Part shown: positions 42,497 through 53,148 of the stretch, one piece after another
Position numbering within the stretch: the first letter of the stretch is position 1
Layout: each line of letters begins with the position of its first letter
NCBI GenBank assembly: GCA_028336245.1
Contig: JAOKTT010000004.1
Location: 962-64,961 of the forward strand
Direction: 5' to 3'
DNA from: Polaribacter sp.
Lineage (GTDB): Bacteria; Bacteroidota; Bacteroidia; Flavobacteriales; Flavobacteriaceae
Length of the DNA: 64,000 bases
Translations under genes and position numbers: made by a program
The notes under the pieces: model-generated
Seen by the model: only the letters and a program-made list of their open reading frames with translations
What the model was told of the DNA's origin: nothing
The model's database searches: none

Positions 42497-44512
42497 CTAT
42501 GATAATTTTAAAGTAATGGTTCTTCCTTTTATTAATTTCGCACCTTTTTTAAGGGATTGATATTGCACTTTACCGACTCCAGAAATTTTTACTTTTAAGC
42601 CAATATTTTCTAATAAAGACAAGGCATCCATTCCGGACATCCCCCGTACATTTGGTATTTCACTATGGTTTTCTTGAAGCTTATCCTCGTATTTTAAATA
42701 TGCATCCTCAATTTCAGCAAACCTTACTCTCTCGTTCACAACGTGATTGTCTATGGGAGTTGTGGTATATATTTTTTGAGCAATCTCTTTAAAAACGGGC
42801 GCAGCAACAGTAGCTCCATAGTAGCCTTTTTCCTTCTTGGGCTCATGGATGACTACAATACAAGAATACTTAGGCTTTTCCGCAGGAAAAAAACCAGCAA
42901 AAGAAGCAACATAATGTCCGTTGGAATATCCAGCAGCAACCGTCTTACCATTTTTATCTATGTGCTTTGGAAGGTATTTTTTAGCAGTTCCTGTTTTTCC
43001 TGCCATAGAAAAATTAGAAGAATAAATATTATTTGCAGTTCCTCGAACGACTACATTTTCCAATATTTTTCTAACCTTACTTAAGGTCGTATCTGAGGCA
43101 ATTTTTGGATTTAAAACAATCGTTTCAAAAAGTTTTTCAGTTTTATCTTGCCTTCTTAATTCCTTTATGAAACGAGGCTTCACCATCACTCCGTTATTTG
43201 CCACTGCATTATAAAACATGAGTGTTTGCATTGGCGTTATTGAAATTCCGTATCCCCAAGACATCCATTCTAAAGAAATTTTATTCCACCTTTTATCAGA
43301 GGGCACTGGCACTATAGGCTTCCCTTCTCCCTTAATCTGAAAACCAATTGGTTTTGTAAAGCCATAGGACTCAATTTTTTTTATAAATTTTTCAGGCTGA
43401 TGGTCGTAGTGCTTTTTAATTAATTTCACGATTCCAACATTAGAGGAAACCTCTAACACTCTGGCGGCAGAAATTTTACCATAGCCCCCTTTATGAGAAT
43501 CTTCAACTTTAGAACCGTGTATATAAATTCTACCTTTTTCGGTATCTACCACAGTAGTAGTGTCAATCATCTTGTCATCTAAAGCTGCAATTAAACTTGC
43601 CAATTTAAAAGTAGAACCAGGCTCATGGCTTTCCCAGACGGCATAGTTTCTTTTTTCGTAGTAAGTTCCTTTTTTTGTTCTTCCTAAATTAGAAATCGCT
43701 TTGATTTCTCCCGTTGCCGTTTCCATTACCACTGCACAACCGTGATCTGCCTCAAAGTACTCTAAACTTCTTAACAACGCATGGTGTGTAATATCTTGAA
43801 TATTTACATCTACAGTAGTAATAATATCATGCCCATCAATCGGTTCTTTCTCATTGTAATCTGCAATTGGTTTCCATTGGTTTTTGGCAATTTTCTGCTC
43901 CCATCTCAGTCCATTTTCACCTTGCATATAAGCTGCAAATGCACCTTCAATTCCTGCCTCCCCTCTAAAATCATCATATCCAATAGTACGTGCAGCTATT
44001 TTACCAATAGGATGTGCTCTTTCTGTGCGCTGCTTTGCAATAAACCCTCCTTTATAAACTCCCAAATTAAAAATTGGGAACTCTCTCATTTTTAGATAGT
44101 CTGTATACCCTATATTTCTTGTAATTAAAAAATAGCGACTTTTTTTATTTTTAGCCCTTCTTAAAGTCTTTTCGTAGTAGCTTGCCGCAGGCCCTAACAT
44201 TTCTGAAAGCGCAACAGACAGCCCTTTGACATGTTTTTCAAAAACAACCGGATCTACCGTAACTAAATCCATGAAAATATTAAACTTAGACATAGAGGTC
44301 GCTAGTAAGTTGCCATCTGCAGCATACACATTTCCTTTATTCGCGTAAATGGTATCTTGTCGTATGGTAAGTTCTGTTGCTAATTTCCTGTAGGTATCTC
44401 CTTGAACATACTGAAGATTGATCACTCTCAAAATTATTGCCAATAAAAACACCGTCATAAAAACTGCTACCAAGTAGAATTTAGTAAGAATGTTTTTTTT
44501 CTGAGTTGCCAA
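42497..44512 (-). CDS. ftsI: Class B penicillin-binding protein with C-terminal PASTA domain
   Basis: EPGSTFK, SSN, KTGT; PNVRGM PASTA; dcw position. Confidence 0.93.
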   Translation of the reverse strand: MATQKKNILTKFYLVAVFMTVFLLAIILRVINLQYVQGDTYRKLATELTIRQDTIYANKGNVYAADGNLLATSMSKFNIFMDLVTVDPVVFEKHVKGLSVALSEMLGPAASYYEKTLRRAKNKKSRYFLITRNIGYTDYLKMREFPIFNLGVYKGGFIAKQRTERAHPIGKIAARTIGYDDFRGEAGIEGAFAAYMQGENGLRWEQKIAKNQWKPIADYNEKEPIDGHDIITTVDVNIQDITHHALLRSLEYFEADHGCAVVMETATGEIKAISNLGRTKKGTYYEKRNYAVWESHEPGSTFKLASLIAALDDKMIDTTTVVDTEKGRIYIHGSKVEDSHKGGYGKISAARVLEVSSNVGIVKLIKKHYDHQPEKFIKKIESYGFTKPIGFQIKGEGKPIVPVPSDKRWNKISLEWMSWGYGISITPMQTLMFYNAVANNGVMVKPRFIKELRRQDKTEKLFETIVLNPKIASDTTLSKVRKILENVVVRGTANNIYSSNFSMAGKTGTAKKYLPKHIDKNGKTVAAGYSNGHYVASFAGFFPAEKPKYSCIVVIHEPKKEKGYYGATVAAPVFKEIAQKIYTTTPIDNHVVNERVRFAEIEDAYLKYEDKLQENHSEIPNVRGMSGMDALSLLENIGLKVKISGVGKVQYQSLKKGAKLIKGRTITLKLS

Positions 44513-44523
44513 TGTTACTTATT

Positions 44524-44844
44524 TTAATTCGTTATTTTTATTTTCTTTGGAGGCGTTTGAGAAGGATATAGGCCTCTTAATTTTGCTTTTGCTCTGATAC
44601 TCGACTCCATTTTCATTCGCATTAAAATAGTACCCGTATCTACATATTCCGCTCTTAACTCTCTTTTTAATTTATTTAATTCTGAAATCGCAATTACTTT
44701 GCGATCGGAATTATGGGCACTGGAAATCATTATTAAAAGCAAGCCTACTACAAAAATGATAATTCGCCAATTTTTAAAAGCAGATTCATCGGTAAGGAAA
44801 CTTCCTCTTAGAAAACCATACACTCCTTTTTTAATTTTAGACAT
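44524..44844 (-). CDS. ftsL: FtsL-like cell division protein
   Basis: TM plus coiled coil; between rsmH and ftsI. Confidence 0.82.
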   Translation of the reverse strand: MSKIKKGVYGFLRGSFLTDESAFKNWRIIIFVVGLLLIMISSAHNSDRKVIAISELNKLKRELRAEYVDTGTILMRMKMESSIRAKAKLRGLYPSQTPPKKIKITN

Positions 44845-44845
44845 G

Positions 44846-45745
44846 TTACTTTTTTAAGGTTGCGATTCTTAATTTAGCACTGCGAGCTCTGTTATTTATT
44901 TTAACCTCTTTCACATCGGGAACTATTAACTTCCCTACTTTCTGCATCGGAACTTCTATATTTCCGAAAAAATCTTTTTCTGGCTCACCAATAAACAGCC
45001 CTGTTCTAATAAATCTCTTTACCAGCCTATCTTCTAAAGAATGGTAAGAAATAACACTTAATCTTCCTTCTTCTTTTAATAAGTTTGGTGTTTGCAACAA
45101 AAACTCTTTCAACACCTCTAGTTCTTCATTTACTTCAATTCTAATCGCCTGAAATATCTGGGCCAATATTTTGTGCTCTACTGCATTTGGTAAATATTGC
45201 TGAAGTGCTGCTTTTAACTGAAAACTTGTTTCTATCTTCTCTTCTTCTCTTTTTTCTACAATGGTTTTCGCAATATTTCTAGAGTTTCTTAACTCTCCAT
45301 ACAAAAACAAAATTTCCGCTAATTTTTCTTCTGAATAATTACTAATAATTTCCTTGGCAGAAATTTTAGACTTCTGATTCATTCTCATATCTAAATCGCC
45401 ATCAAAACGGGTAGAAAACCCTCTTTCGGCTTCATCAAACTGGTGCGAGGAAACACCTAAATCTGCTAGAATTCCATCTACTTTTTTTATACCATGAAAC
45501 CTCAAGAATCTTGCTATATATCTGAAATTTTCGGGAATTAAAGTAAAACGTGTGTCTTCAATTGTATTTTCTAAAGCGTCTGGATCTTGGTCAAAACCAA
45601 ACAATCTACCCGATGTACCAAGCCTATTTAAAATTTCTCGTGAATGACCTCCCCCACCAAACGTAACATCTATATAAATGCCGTCTTCTTTAATGGCGAG
45701 CGCATCAACACTTTCTTTTAGTAAAACTGGACTATGATACTTCAT
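44846..45745 (-). CDS. rsmH: 16S rRNA m4C1402 methyltransferase
   Basis: HSPVLL, DVTFGGGGHS, DLGVSS, FQAIRIEVN, HSLEDR, RARSAKLR. Confidence 0.96.
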   Translation of the reverse strand: MKYHSPVLLKESVDALAIKEDGIYIDVTFGGGGHSREILNRLGTSGRLFGFDQDPDALENTIEDTRFTLIPENFRYIARFLRFHGIKKVDGILADLGVSSHQFDEAERGFSTRFDGDLDMRMNQKSKISAKEIISNYSEEKLAEILFLYGELRNSRNIAKTIVEKREEEKIETSFQLKAALQQYLPNAVEHKILAQIFQAIRIEVNEELEVLKEFLLQTPNLLKEEGRLSVISYHSLEDRLVKRFIRTGLFIGEPEKDFFGNIEVPMQKVGKLIVPDVKEVKINNRARSAKLRIATLKK

Positions 45746-46199
45746 CGAATTCTGTATTTCCCATTACCTCTTCAGCCAACGTTGCAAAATCCACTGTAGC
45801 ATCGTTAATTGCTTTTTCGTATTTTTCTTTATCCCAAATTTCTATAATATTAACGGCAGAAGACAAGACCACGTGCTTAGAAATTTTAGCAAAATCAGCT
45901 AAATCTTTAGGAATCAAAACTCTTCCAGCTGCATCAAATTCAACTATCTTTACACCTGCAGTAAATCTTCTAATAAAGTCATTATTCTTCTTGATAAATT
46001 TATTCAACTTATTAATCTTAGTCATTATTAGGCGCCATTCTTCCATTGAGTACAACTCTAAACAAGGCTGAAAAACAGCTCTTTTGATAACGAAACCTTC
46101 ATTCAAAACTGGCTGCAACTGCTTTTTCAGCGCTGCGGAGAACAATACCCTGCCTTTCGCATCTGCTTTACATTCATATGTACCAATTAGACTAATCAC
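45732..46199 (-). CDS. mraZ: Division/cell-wall cluster transcriptional repressor MraZ
   Basis: DAKGRV and DAAGRVLIP SpoVT/AbrB repeats; first gene of the dcw cluster. Confidence 0.95.
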   Translation of the reverse strand: MISLIGTYECKADAKGRVLFSAALKKQLQPVLNEGFVIKRAVFQPCLELYSMEEWRLIMTKINKLNKFIKKNNDFIRRFTAGVKIVEFDAAGRVLIPKDLADFAKISKHVVLSSAVNIIEIWDKEKYEKAINDATVDFATLAEEVMGNTEFDEVS

Positions 46200-46238
46200 A
46201 AATAAAATATTTTATAGATATCAAAAATATATAAATAA

Positions 46239-46265
46239 TACCACTTTTTACCACTTTTTACCACA
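46239..46265 (-). promoter_or_regulatory. MraZ binding repeats
   Basis: Minus strand TGTGG-TAAAA-AGTGG-TAAAA-AGTGG: three GTGG boxes at 10-bp spacing upstream of mraZ. Confidence 0.85.
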
Positions 46266-46370
46266 ATGTTAATAAGTAAATAGATTTCCTACTAAAAAAG
46301 GGAGTGTACTTCCTTCAAAAGGGCAAATAATGTGATGTATATAAAAGATATTTATGTTATAAAAAAGAAT

Positions 46371-46378
46371 TACATTTG
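46371..46378 (+). promoter_or_regulatory. -7 box (TACATTTG) for the hydrolase-engB-rlu operon
   Basis: TAnnTTTG about 22 bp upstream of the ATG at 46400. Confidence 0.6.
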
Positions 46379-46399
46379 CGTTTAAGTAAAACGAATTGA

Positions 46400-47167
46400 A
46401 TGATGACTGACAAGTTAAAAACTGAGGGGAAATTCACATATGCCGAGGCGGGGGAAGGGCCTGCTATTATTGTTTTACATGGTCTCATGGGGGCTTTAAG
46501 TAATTTTGAGAATACTTTTGACCACTTTTCAAAAAATGGCTACAAAGTATTAATTCCTGAATTACCGTTGTACTCACTTCCCTTGATAAAGACCAATGTT
46601 AAAAATCTAGCGGACTTTTTAGTTGATTTCATTGAACTAAAAAAATTAGATAAAGTAATCTTATTAGGGAACTCTTTAGGCGGACATATTGGTTTATACT
46701 TCACGAAACACCACCAAGAAAAAGTGCGTGCACTTATTTTAACGGGAAGCTCTGGTTTGTATGAAAAAGCGATGGGTGATAGTTTCCCGAAAAGAGGAAA
46801 CTACGAATATATTAAAGAGAAAACGCAAGGTGTTTTTTACGACCCAGCTATTGGGACAAAAGAAATGGTTGATGATATTTTTAAAATTGTAAATGACAGA
46901 AGTTCTGTGATAAGAACGCTAGCAATCGCGAAAAGCGCCATACGCCACAACATGTCAGGGGATCTACCCGCAATGAAACAACCTACCTGTTTAATTTGGG
47001 GAAAACAAGATGTAGTAACGCCGCCAGAAGTAGCGGTAGATTTTCATAAAATCTTACCAGATTCTGATTTGTTTTGGATTGACAAATGTGGACATGCTGC
47101 CATGATGGAAAGACCTCAGGAATTTAACACCATTCTTCACAACTGGCTTACATCCAGAAACATATAA
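46400..47167 (+). CDS. Alpha/beta-fold hydrolase
   Basis: LHGLMG, GNSLGG nucleophile elbow, WGKQD, CGHA. Confidence 0.9.
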   Translation: MMTDKLKTEGKFTYAEAGEGPAIIVLHGLMGALSNFENTFDHFSKNGYKVLIPELPLYSLPLIKTNVKNLADFLVDFIELKKLDKVILLGNSLGGHIGLYFTKHHQEKVRALILTGSSGLYEKAMGDSFPKRGNYEYIKEKTQGVFYDPAIGTKEMVDDIFKIVNDRSSVIRTLAIAKSAIRHNMSGDLPAMKQPTCLIWGKQDVVTPPEVAVDFHKILPDSDLFWIDKCGHAAMMERPQEFNTILHNWLTSRNI

Positions 47168-47171
47168 TTTA

Positions 47172-47783
47172 ATGAAAATTAAGTCGGCAGAATTTATAAT
47201 GAGTAACAGTAATGTTATGAAAGCCCCCACTGAAAGAATGCCAGAATATGCTTTTATAGGCCGCTCTAATGTTGGAAAATCTTCATTGATTAATATGTTA
47301 ATGGAGCGAAAAGATTTGGCTAAAATCTCTGGGAAACCAGGAAAAACCCAACTTATAAATCACTTTAAAATAAATGAAGAGTGGTTTTTAGTCGATCTAC
47401 CTGGTTATGGGTATGCATCCGTTTCTAAAAAGAAAAGAGTAATCTTTCAATATTTTATAGAGAACTATTTTAAAGAGCGAGAGCAACTGGTTTGTACTTT
47501 TGTACTGATTGATTCAAGACACGATCCTCAAAAAATAGATTTAGATTTCATGCAGTTTTTAGGTGAAAACCAAATTCCGTTTTGTATTGTTTTTACGAAA
47601 GCAGATAAATTAGGAAGTTCTAAATTGAACAAACAAATTACTTCTTACAAGAAGAAATTACTACAACATTGGGAAACATTACCAACATCATTTTTAACAT
47701 CTTCTTCTACGGGCCTCGGTAGAAAAGAATTTTTAGATTTTATTGATGGTATAAACCAAGATGTTGCTAAAGATTTTAAATAA
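47172..47783 (+). CDS. engB: Ribosome biogenesis GTPase YihA/YsxC
   Basis: GRSNVGKSS, PGKT, DLPGYG, TKADK. Confidence 0.95.
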   Translation: MKIKSAEFIMSNSNVMKAPTERMPEYAFIGRSNVGKSSLINMLMERKDLAKISGKPGKTQLINHFKINEEWFLVDLPGYGYASVSKKKRVIFQYFIENYFKEREQLVCTFVLIDSRHDPQKIDLDFMQFLGENQIPFCIVFTKADKLGSSKLNKQITSYKKKLLQHWETLPTSFLTSSSTGLGRKEFLDFIDGINQDVAKDFK

Positions 47784-47819
47784 CCTTTAGACTTATCTAA
47801 AGTAGTATTAAAATGTGCT

Positions 47820-48506
47820 ATGAACTCCACAAAAGAAAATTTACAAGTTTTATTTGAAGACAATCACATTATTATTGTAAATAAAAGAGCCGGTGATATT
47901 ACCCAAGGTGATAAAACTGGCGACAAACCTCTAAGTGACGTAGTTAAAGAATACGTAAAGGATAAATACAATAAACCCGGGCTGGTTTTTATTGGTACCG
48001 TGCATCGATTAGACAGACCTACTTCTGGTATTGTAATTTTTGCTAGAACCTCTAAAGCTTTAGAACGCTTGAATAAGATGTTGCGAGACAAAGTAATTCA
48101 TAAAACTTATTGGGCACTCGTAAAAAACCCACCAAAGAAAACTTCAGATACTTTAATTAACTTCTTGAAAAAAGACACAAAAAAGAACAAATCTTTTGTC
48201 TACAAAAAAGAAAATGAAGGGAGTAAGAACGCTATCCTGCACTACAATATCATTAAAAAATTAGAGAATTATTTTTTAATTGAAATTGATTTAGAAACCG
48301 GCAGGCATCATCAAATTAGAGCACAGTTATCTTATATTGGGAGCGCTATAAAAGGCGATTTAAAGTATGGTTTTCCACGTTCTAACAAAGATGGAAGCAT
48401 TAGTTTACATGCCCGAAAAATAAAGTTTATACACCCCGTTTCTAAAGAAGAAATAGTAATTACGGCTCGGACACCTAAGGATGTTATTTGGGATGCTTGT
48501 ACATAA
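47820..48506 (+). CDS. RluA-family pseudouridine synthase
   Basis: HRLDRPTSG, TGRHHQIR, GDLKYG, LHA. Confidence 0.92.
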   Translation: MNSTKENLQVLFEDNHIIIVNKRAGDITQGDKTGDKPLSDVVKEYVKDKYNKPGLVFIGTVHRLDRPTSGIVIFARTSKALERLNKMLRDKVIHKTYWALVKNPPKKTSDTLINFLKKDTKKNKSFVYKKENEGSKNAILHYNIIKKLENYFLIEIDLETGRHHQIRAQLSYIGSAIKGDLKYGFPRSNKDGSISLHARKIKFIHPVSKEEIVITARTPKDVIWDACT

Positions 48507-48618
48507 GAAATATCTTCAGCACGTTAATCTTCCTAAATAAAAACGCTTAAAGTACGCAGATACCATTCTTTTGTTTTGAATTATAGATGCTCACTTTTGG
48601 GTGAATGACAAAAAGATA

Positions 48619-50247
48619 CTACGCTATTTCTAAAGAAGTAAACTGAAAGGAAGTTCCGTCAAACAACCCTTTATCACTTAACTTTAAAGAAGGAATAACC
48701 AACAAAGCCATAAATGATAAACTCATGTATGGCGCACTTAGTTTGCTGCCCATTTCTTTTGCCATTTGATCTAATTCTGCATATGCTTTCCCAATTTCTT
48801 CCGCAGATAAATCGGACATAATACCTGCAACAGGTAATGAAACTATTTTTTCTTCGAGTGTATTTACAGCACAAATTCCTCCGCTATTTTCAATCACTAG
48901 ATTTACCGTTTTGCAAATTGCTTCATCAGAAACCCCAATGGCAATAATATTATGAGAATCATGCCCCACAGAACTTGCAATGGCGCCCTCTTTAATTCCA
49001 AAATTCTTAATAAAAGCGATGGATGGTTTTGCGTTTTTATACCGATTTACAACCGTCATTTTTAGAACATCTGTTGCTGTATTTGATACCAAATTCCCAT
49101 CCACAATTAAAGAAGCTGCCTCCATTTGATTGGTGACCAATTCGCCGTCTAAAGCCTCAATGACTCTAATTTTATTTACTGAAGATTCAAATCTAAAATC
49201 TGCTACTTTCTTTGTATCCGTATTAAAATTATTCAAGATTTCAAAAGGAACCGATTTCACGAAACTTTTGCCGTTTTTAGCAACCAATTCTCCGTTAATA
49301 TAGGTTTCTAAAACATTGAATTCTTTTAAATTATCAACCAAAATAAAGTCTGCAGCATCTCCTTTTTTAAGTAAACCAACCTCTAAATTATAATGTTTTA
49401 CAGGATTTACACATGCAGCTTGTAATACTTTAAAAACATCAATTCCTTTTGCTACGGCTCTTTCACACAATTGATTTATATGGCCTACTAATAAATCATC
49501 TGGATGCTTATCATCTGAACAAAACATCATATTTTCGAAATGTTCTGGTAATAAAGCTATTAAAGCTTCAAAATTCTTTGCAGCACTTCCTTCTCTAATA
49601 AGTACCTTCATTCCTTTTTGCAACTTCTCTAATGCTTCATCAAAAGTAAAACACTCGTGATCTGTAGAAATTCCGGCAGCAATGTATTTAGTAACATCAT
49701 CGCCTCTTAAACCAGGGGCGTGCCCATCAACAGGTTTATTGTTATTTTTTGCATGCTGAATCTTCGCAAGAACTTCGGCGTCGTCAAACAAAACTCCTGG
49801 ATAATTCATCATTTCTGCAAGGTACTTAATATCAGGATTTTCCATCATCAACTTAATATCGGCTGCATCAATAATGGCGCCGGCACTTTCAAAAGAAGTA
49901 GCAGGCACACAACTTGGCGCTCCAAAATTAAATTTTAACGGAACTTTATTTCCGTTTTCAATCATAAAATCAACTCCTTTGACACCTAAAACATTGGCAA
50001 TTTCATGCGGATCAGAAACCGTAGCAACTGTGCCGTGTACAACAGCAATTTTTGCGAATTCTGAGGGCACTAACATCGAGCTTTCTATATGAATATGAGC
50101 ATCTACAAAACCGGGTAAAATGAAATTTTCTTGATTGTGGTGCGCCTCTCGAATTTCTAAAATCTTTCCATTTTTTACTTCAACCTCACCTTTAAAAATT
50201 CGTTTGTTATCCAGGTCAACAATATTTCCTTGTACAATCATTTTCAA
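48619..50247 (-). CDS. ade: Adenine deaminase
   Basis: [41 protein letters not shown]. Confidence 0.94.
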   Translation of the reverse strand: MKMIVQGNIVDLDNKRIFKGEVEVKNGKILEIREAHHNQENFILPGFVDAHIHIESSMLVPSEFAKIAVVHGTVATVSDPHEIANVLGVKGVDFMIENGNKVPLKFNFGAPSCVPATSFESAGAIIDAADIKLMMENPDIKYLAEMMNYPGVLFDDAEVLAKIQHAKNNNKPVDGHAPGLRGDDVTKYIAAGISTDHECFTFDEALEKLQKGMKVLIREGSAAKNFEALIALLPEHFENMMFCSDDKHPDDLLVGHINQLCERAVAKGIDVFKVLQAACVNPVKHYNLEVGLLKKGDAADFILVDNLKEFNVLETYINGELVAKNGKSFVKSVPFEILNNFNTDTKKVADFRFESSVNKIRVIEALDGELVTNQMEAASLIVDGNLVSNTATDVLKMTVVNRYKNAKPSIAFIKNFGIKEGAIASSVGHDSHNIIAIGVSDEAICKTVNLVIENSGGICAVNTLEEKIVSLPVAGIMSDLSAEEIGKAYAELDQMAKEMGSKLSAPYMSLSFMALLVIPSLKLSDKGLFDGTSFQFTSLEIA

Positions 50248-50422
50248 AATTATTTACTACAAATTTACAAAGAATAAAAGGCGCCCAAAACTTTATAACG
50301 GATCGATTATTTGAGGTAAAGAAAGTTACTACTTATAGTGTTAGCATACACGCATAAGACACCAAGCCTTACTAAATAAAAAAACCACTCATTTGTGTGG
50401 GTCTTTCATAAGCAGTATCCGT

Positions 50423-50971
50423 TTATTTGGGATAGATTACTTGATGTAAAGGAATATCGAACTCATTTTTATCTTCTATTTCGGTTATCGGTGGAAAAAA
50501 ATTTAAACCAATTAATTTTGCATCTTTTCTACAATTCGATAAAAATCGATCATAATAACCTTTTCCGTAACCAACCCTATACTTTTTAATATCAGAAATT
50601 AAAAGTGGAACAAAGATTAAATCTAAGTCATTTTCTAAAGCTGGCTCTGCATTTACGGGCTCTGGAACGCCGTACTTATTCACCAATAAAACAGTATCAT
50701 CTTCAAAATAAAAATGAGATAATGTGTTGTCTTTGAAATTACATTTACTTATTACAATTCGCTTATTTCTATTCCTAAAATAGGAAATTAATGGCAGCGT
50801 GTCTATCTCTTTAAACTTCGATATTGAAAGGAATACATGCACATTATTCACTTTAGAAAGGTCTAAATCATAAACTTGTTGGTACATGTTTTCTTGTAAT
50901 TCTTTAATTTTATCTTCTGTTAAATCTGTACGTTGTTGTTTATAAATTTCTCGAAGCCTTTGCTTTTTCAT
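50423..50971 (-). CDS. 5-formyltetrahydrofolate cyclo-ligase
   Basis: YGVPEP, RVGYGKGYYDRFL. Confidence 0.92.
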   Translation of the reverse strand: MKKQRLREIYKQQRTDLTEDKIKELQENMYQQVYDLDLSKVNNVHVFLSISKFKEIDTLPLISYFRNRNKRIVISKCNFKDNTLSHFYFEDDTVLLVNKYGVPEPVNAEPALENDLDLIFVPLLISDIKKYRVGYGKGYYDRFLSNCRKDAKLIGLNFFPPITEIEDKNEFDIPLHQVIYPK

Positions 50972-50972
50972 T

Positions 50973-51341
50973 TTAAATATTTTCTAATTCAGACTGAAGC
51001 TTTTTAGTCAAACCCATCACTACCATTTCATAAGAATGATTTATTAATTCTTTACCGAGATCGTCTGAAACATCACTTGAATTCAGAGTTACCGTATTCC
51101 AATGTTTTTTATTCGAATGCCAACCCGGTTGCACACCTTCATAAACTTCTCGTAATTCTTCTGCTTTCTCAGGATCACATTTTAAATTTACACAGTGTGC
51201 ACCTTGCTCCCACTTATCTATTCTTAGAAGTACAAAAATTTTATCCATTACTTTAAAAACCAGTGTTACATTGTCAAAAGGAAGGTGCTCTGTTACTCCT
51301 TTTTTTGACAAACAAAAATCTCTTAATTGTGCTATGTGCAT
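50973..51341 (-). CDS. MmcQ/YjbR family protein
   Basis: VFKVMDKIF, NLKCDPE, PGWHSNKKHWNTV. Confidence 0.9.
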   Translation of the reverse strand: MHIAQLRDFCLSKKGVTEHLPFDNVTLVFKVMDKIFVLLRIDKWEQGAHCVNLKCDPEKAEELREVYEGVQPGWHSNKKHWNTVTLNSSDVSDDLGKELINHSYEMVVMGLTKKLQSELENI

Positions 51342-51350
51342 TTTTAATTT

Positions 51351-52298
51351 TTATGAAGCTTCCTTTAAAAAAGATTTTAAAAATTCTAAACTTTCTTTTG
51401 GATTTTCCTCCATAGGAACATGACCTGAATTTTCTAAAATAACCAGTTTAGAATTCGGCAGCATACTATCCATTCTTTTTCCATTTCCTAAAGGAATCCA
51501 AGTATCTTTTGCTCCCCAAATTAATAATGTAGTCGTTTTTACACTTTTTAACTTTACTAAATTTACTTTTTCAGCTAGATTGAAATCCGTTTTTGCTCTG
51601 TCTATAAAAGCCTTTCTATTTCCTGTTCTCAGGGACATTTTATGATACCTTGTAACAAGAGCATCTGTAACTTTTAATTTATCAGCATATACTTGCTCTA
51701 TATTTTTTCTAATCATAAATTTGGGTGTGATATACAAAAACAACGAATTTAAGATTGGTGTTTTTGCCATTTTAAAAATTATTGGTTGTGGGGTAAAGGT
51801 TGGCAAACCACTGGCATCTATTAAAATAAGTTTGAGTACTTTCTCTGGGTATTCTGCAGCATAATTCCAAGCAATATTTCCTCCTAAAGAATTTCCTGCA
51901 AGATGAAATTTATCCACCTTTATTTTTTCTAAAAATTGAGACAAAAACTGGGTATAACGTTCTATGGAGTACTCTGCATTCTTGTTTGGACCTGTTAATC
52001 CAAAGGCAGGTAGATCTAATCTAATAACTCGATAGTTTTTAGAGAGTTGTTTTGTCCAAGCATCGTATGTATGCAAAGAAGCTCCAGTTCCATGGATTAA
52101 AACAATTGGAAAGCCAGTACCTTCATCTCTATAATGCACCTGCATTCCTTCAACATCTATAAATTGAGAATGCTCATTTGCATAGGTTTTTTTTAAATCC
52201 TCCACAGCAATGTCTGCATAAGAAACATTGTAAATCAGTACCAATAGTAGGATACTAATCCCAATTAAAAATCTTTTTTTATGGAAGATTTTTCGCAT
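51351..52298 (-). CDS. Membrane-anchored alpha/beta-fold hydrolase
   Basis: N-terminal TM, HYRDEG, IHGTG, DLPAFG, GNSLGG, SGHVP. Confidence 0.88.
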   Translation of the reverse strand: MRKIFHKKRFLIGISILLLVLIYNVSYADIAVEDLKKTYANEHSQFIDVEGMQVHYRDEGTGFPIVLIHGTGASLHTYDAWTKQLSKNYRVIRLDLPAFGLTGPNKNAEYSIERYTQFLSQFLEKIKVDKFHLAGNSLGGNIAWNYAAEYPEKVLKLILIDASGLPTFTPQPIIFKMAKTPILNSLFLYITPKFMIRKNIEQVYADKLKVTDALVTRYHKMSLRTGNRKAFIDRAKTDFNLAEKVNLVKLKSVKTTTLLIWGAKDTWIPLGNGKRMDSMLPNSKLVILENSGHVPMEENPKESLEFLKSFLKEAS

Positions 52299-52302
52299 AA
52301 AT

Positions 52303-53052
52303 TTATTTTATAATTTTATATAAAATTGGCTTACTAGGTGTTGCGTCATTTTCAAATGGTGCAACCATTAAGTTTAATAAATACTCTCCATCTTCAACCG
52401 TATTTGGTACATAGATAAATTCTGTAATCGTGGCGTCTAAACAAACTGCACCAGCAGTATTCCAAAATGCATTGTGCACTAATAAACGCCCATCATCTTT
52501 CTCTTTATCTACAGAAGGCAGGTCTATTAATAAATGTTTTATTCCTTTTTCCCTCAAATAGACAGCAGCTTCCTCTAATAAATAAGGTGGATTTGTATTC
52601 GAATACTGCATTGATTTCTTGTCTTTTAAATTGGGCAATGTCCGAATAATAATGGCATCTCGTTTCTTATTTCTCAAAGCAGTTTTAAGCTGTTTCTCAG
52701 AGATTACAAAATCCTCTCCGCTACTTTCCGGAGCAACAGTGACCACTTCCGCTACAAAGAAATAATGTTTAAGATTCTGATTTACAGAATGAAATTTCTC
52801 AGTAACGTGTCCCGCACATTCTGTATGTGTAATATGTGCATGTGGATTAAAATGTATGTTGTTAAAGTTAACAACAGCACCCTCAGAAACCTTTGCAATT
52901 TCACCATCAAAATCTACTGGAAATATTTTTGGCGCTCCCACATACCAAGCATTCACGTTTTTTTTTGACATGTCTATTGCAATAGAAATATCAATGGGTT
53001 TAGAAACATCAATTGTAATTTTTCTAGAATTGTACTCTATTATCGCTTTCAT
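52303..53052 (-). CDS. Cyclase family (kynurenine formamidase-like) protein
   Basis: NPHAHITHTECAGH, IDLPSVD, DATPS. Confidence 0.8.
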   Translation of the reverse strand: MKAIIEYNSRKITIDVSKPIDISIAIDMSKKNVNAWYVGAPKIFPVDFDGEIAKVSEGAVVNFNNIHFNPHAHITHTECAGHVTEKFHSVNQNLKHYFFVAEVVTVAPESSGEDFVISEKQLKTALRNKKRDAIIIRTLPNLKDKKSMQYSNTNPPYLLEEAAVYLREKGIKHLLIDLPSVDKEKDDGRLLVHNAFWNTAGAVCLDATITEFIYVPNTVEDGEYLLNLMVAPFENDATPSKPILYKIIK

Positions 53053-53148
53053 GTGCCCTAAAATTAAATCATTTTATTTTTGCCGTAAATATAAGTTTTT
53101 AAACAAACAGTGTTCCCCAATTTTAACGGATTGAAAAAAGAATACCGA

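Noticed and set aside
30559-46199. dcw cluster lacks murF and ddl
   Set aside because: These genes are commonly located outside the cluster in Bacteroidetes; absence from this window is not evidence of loss.
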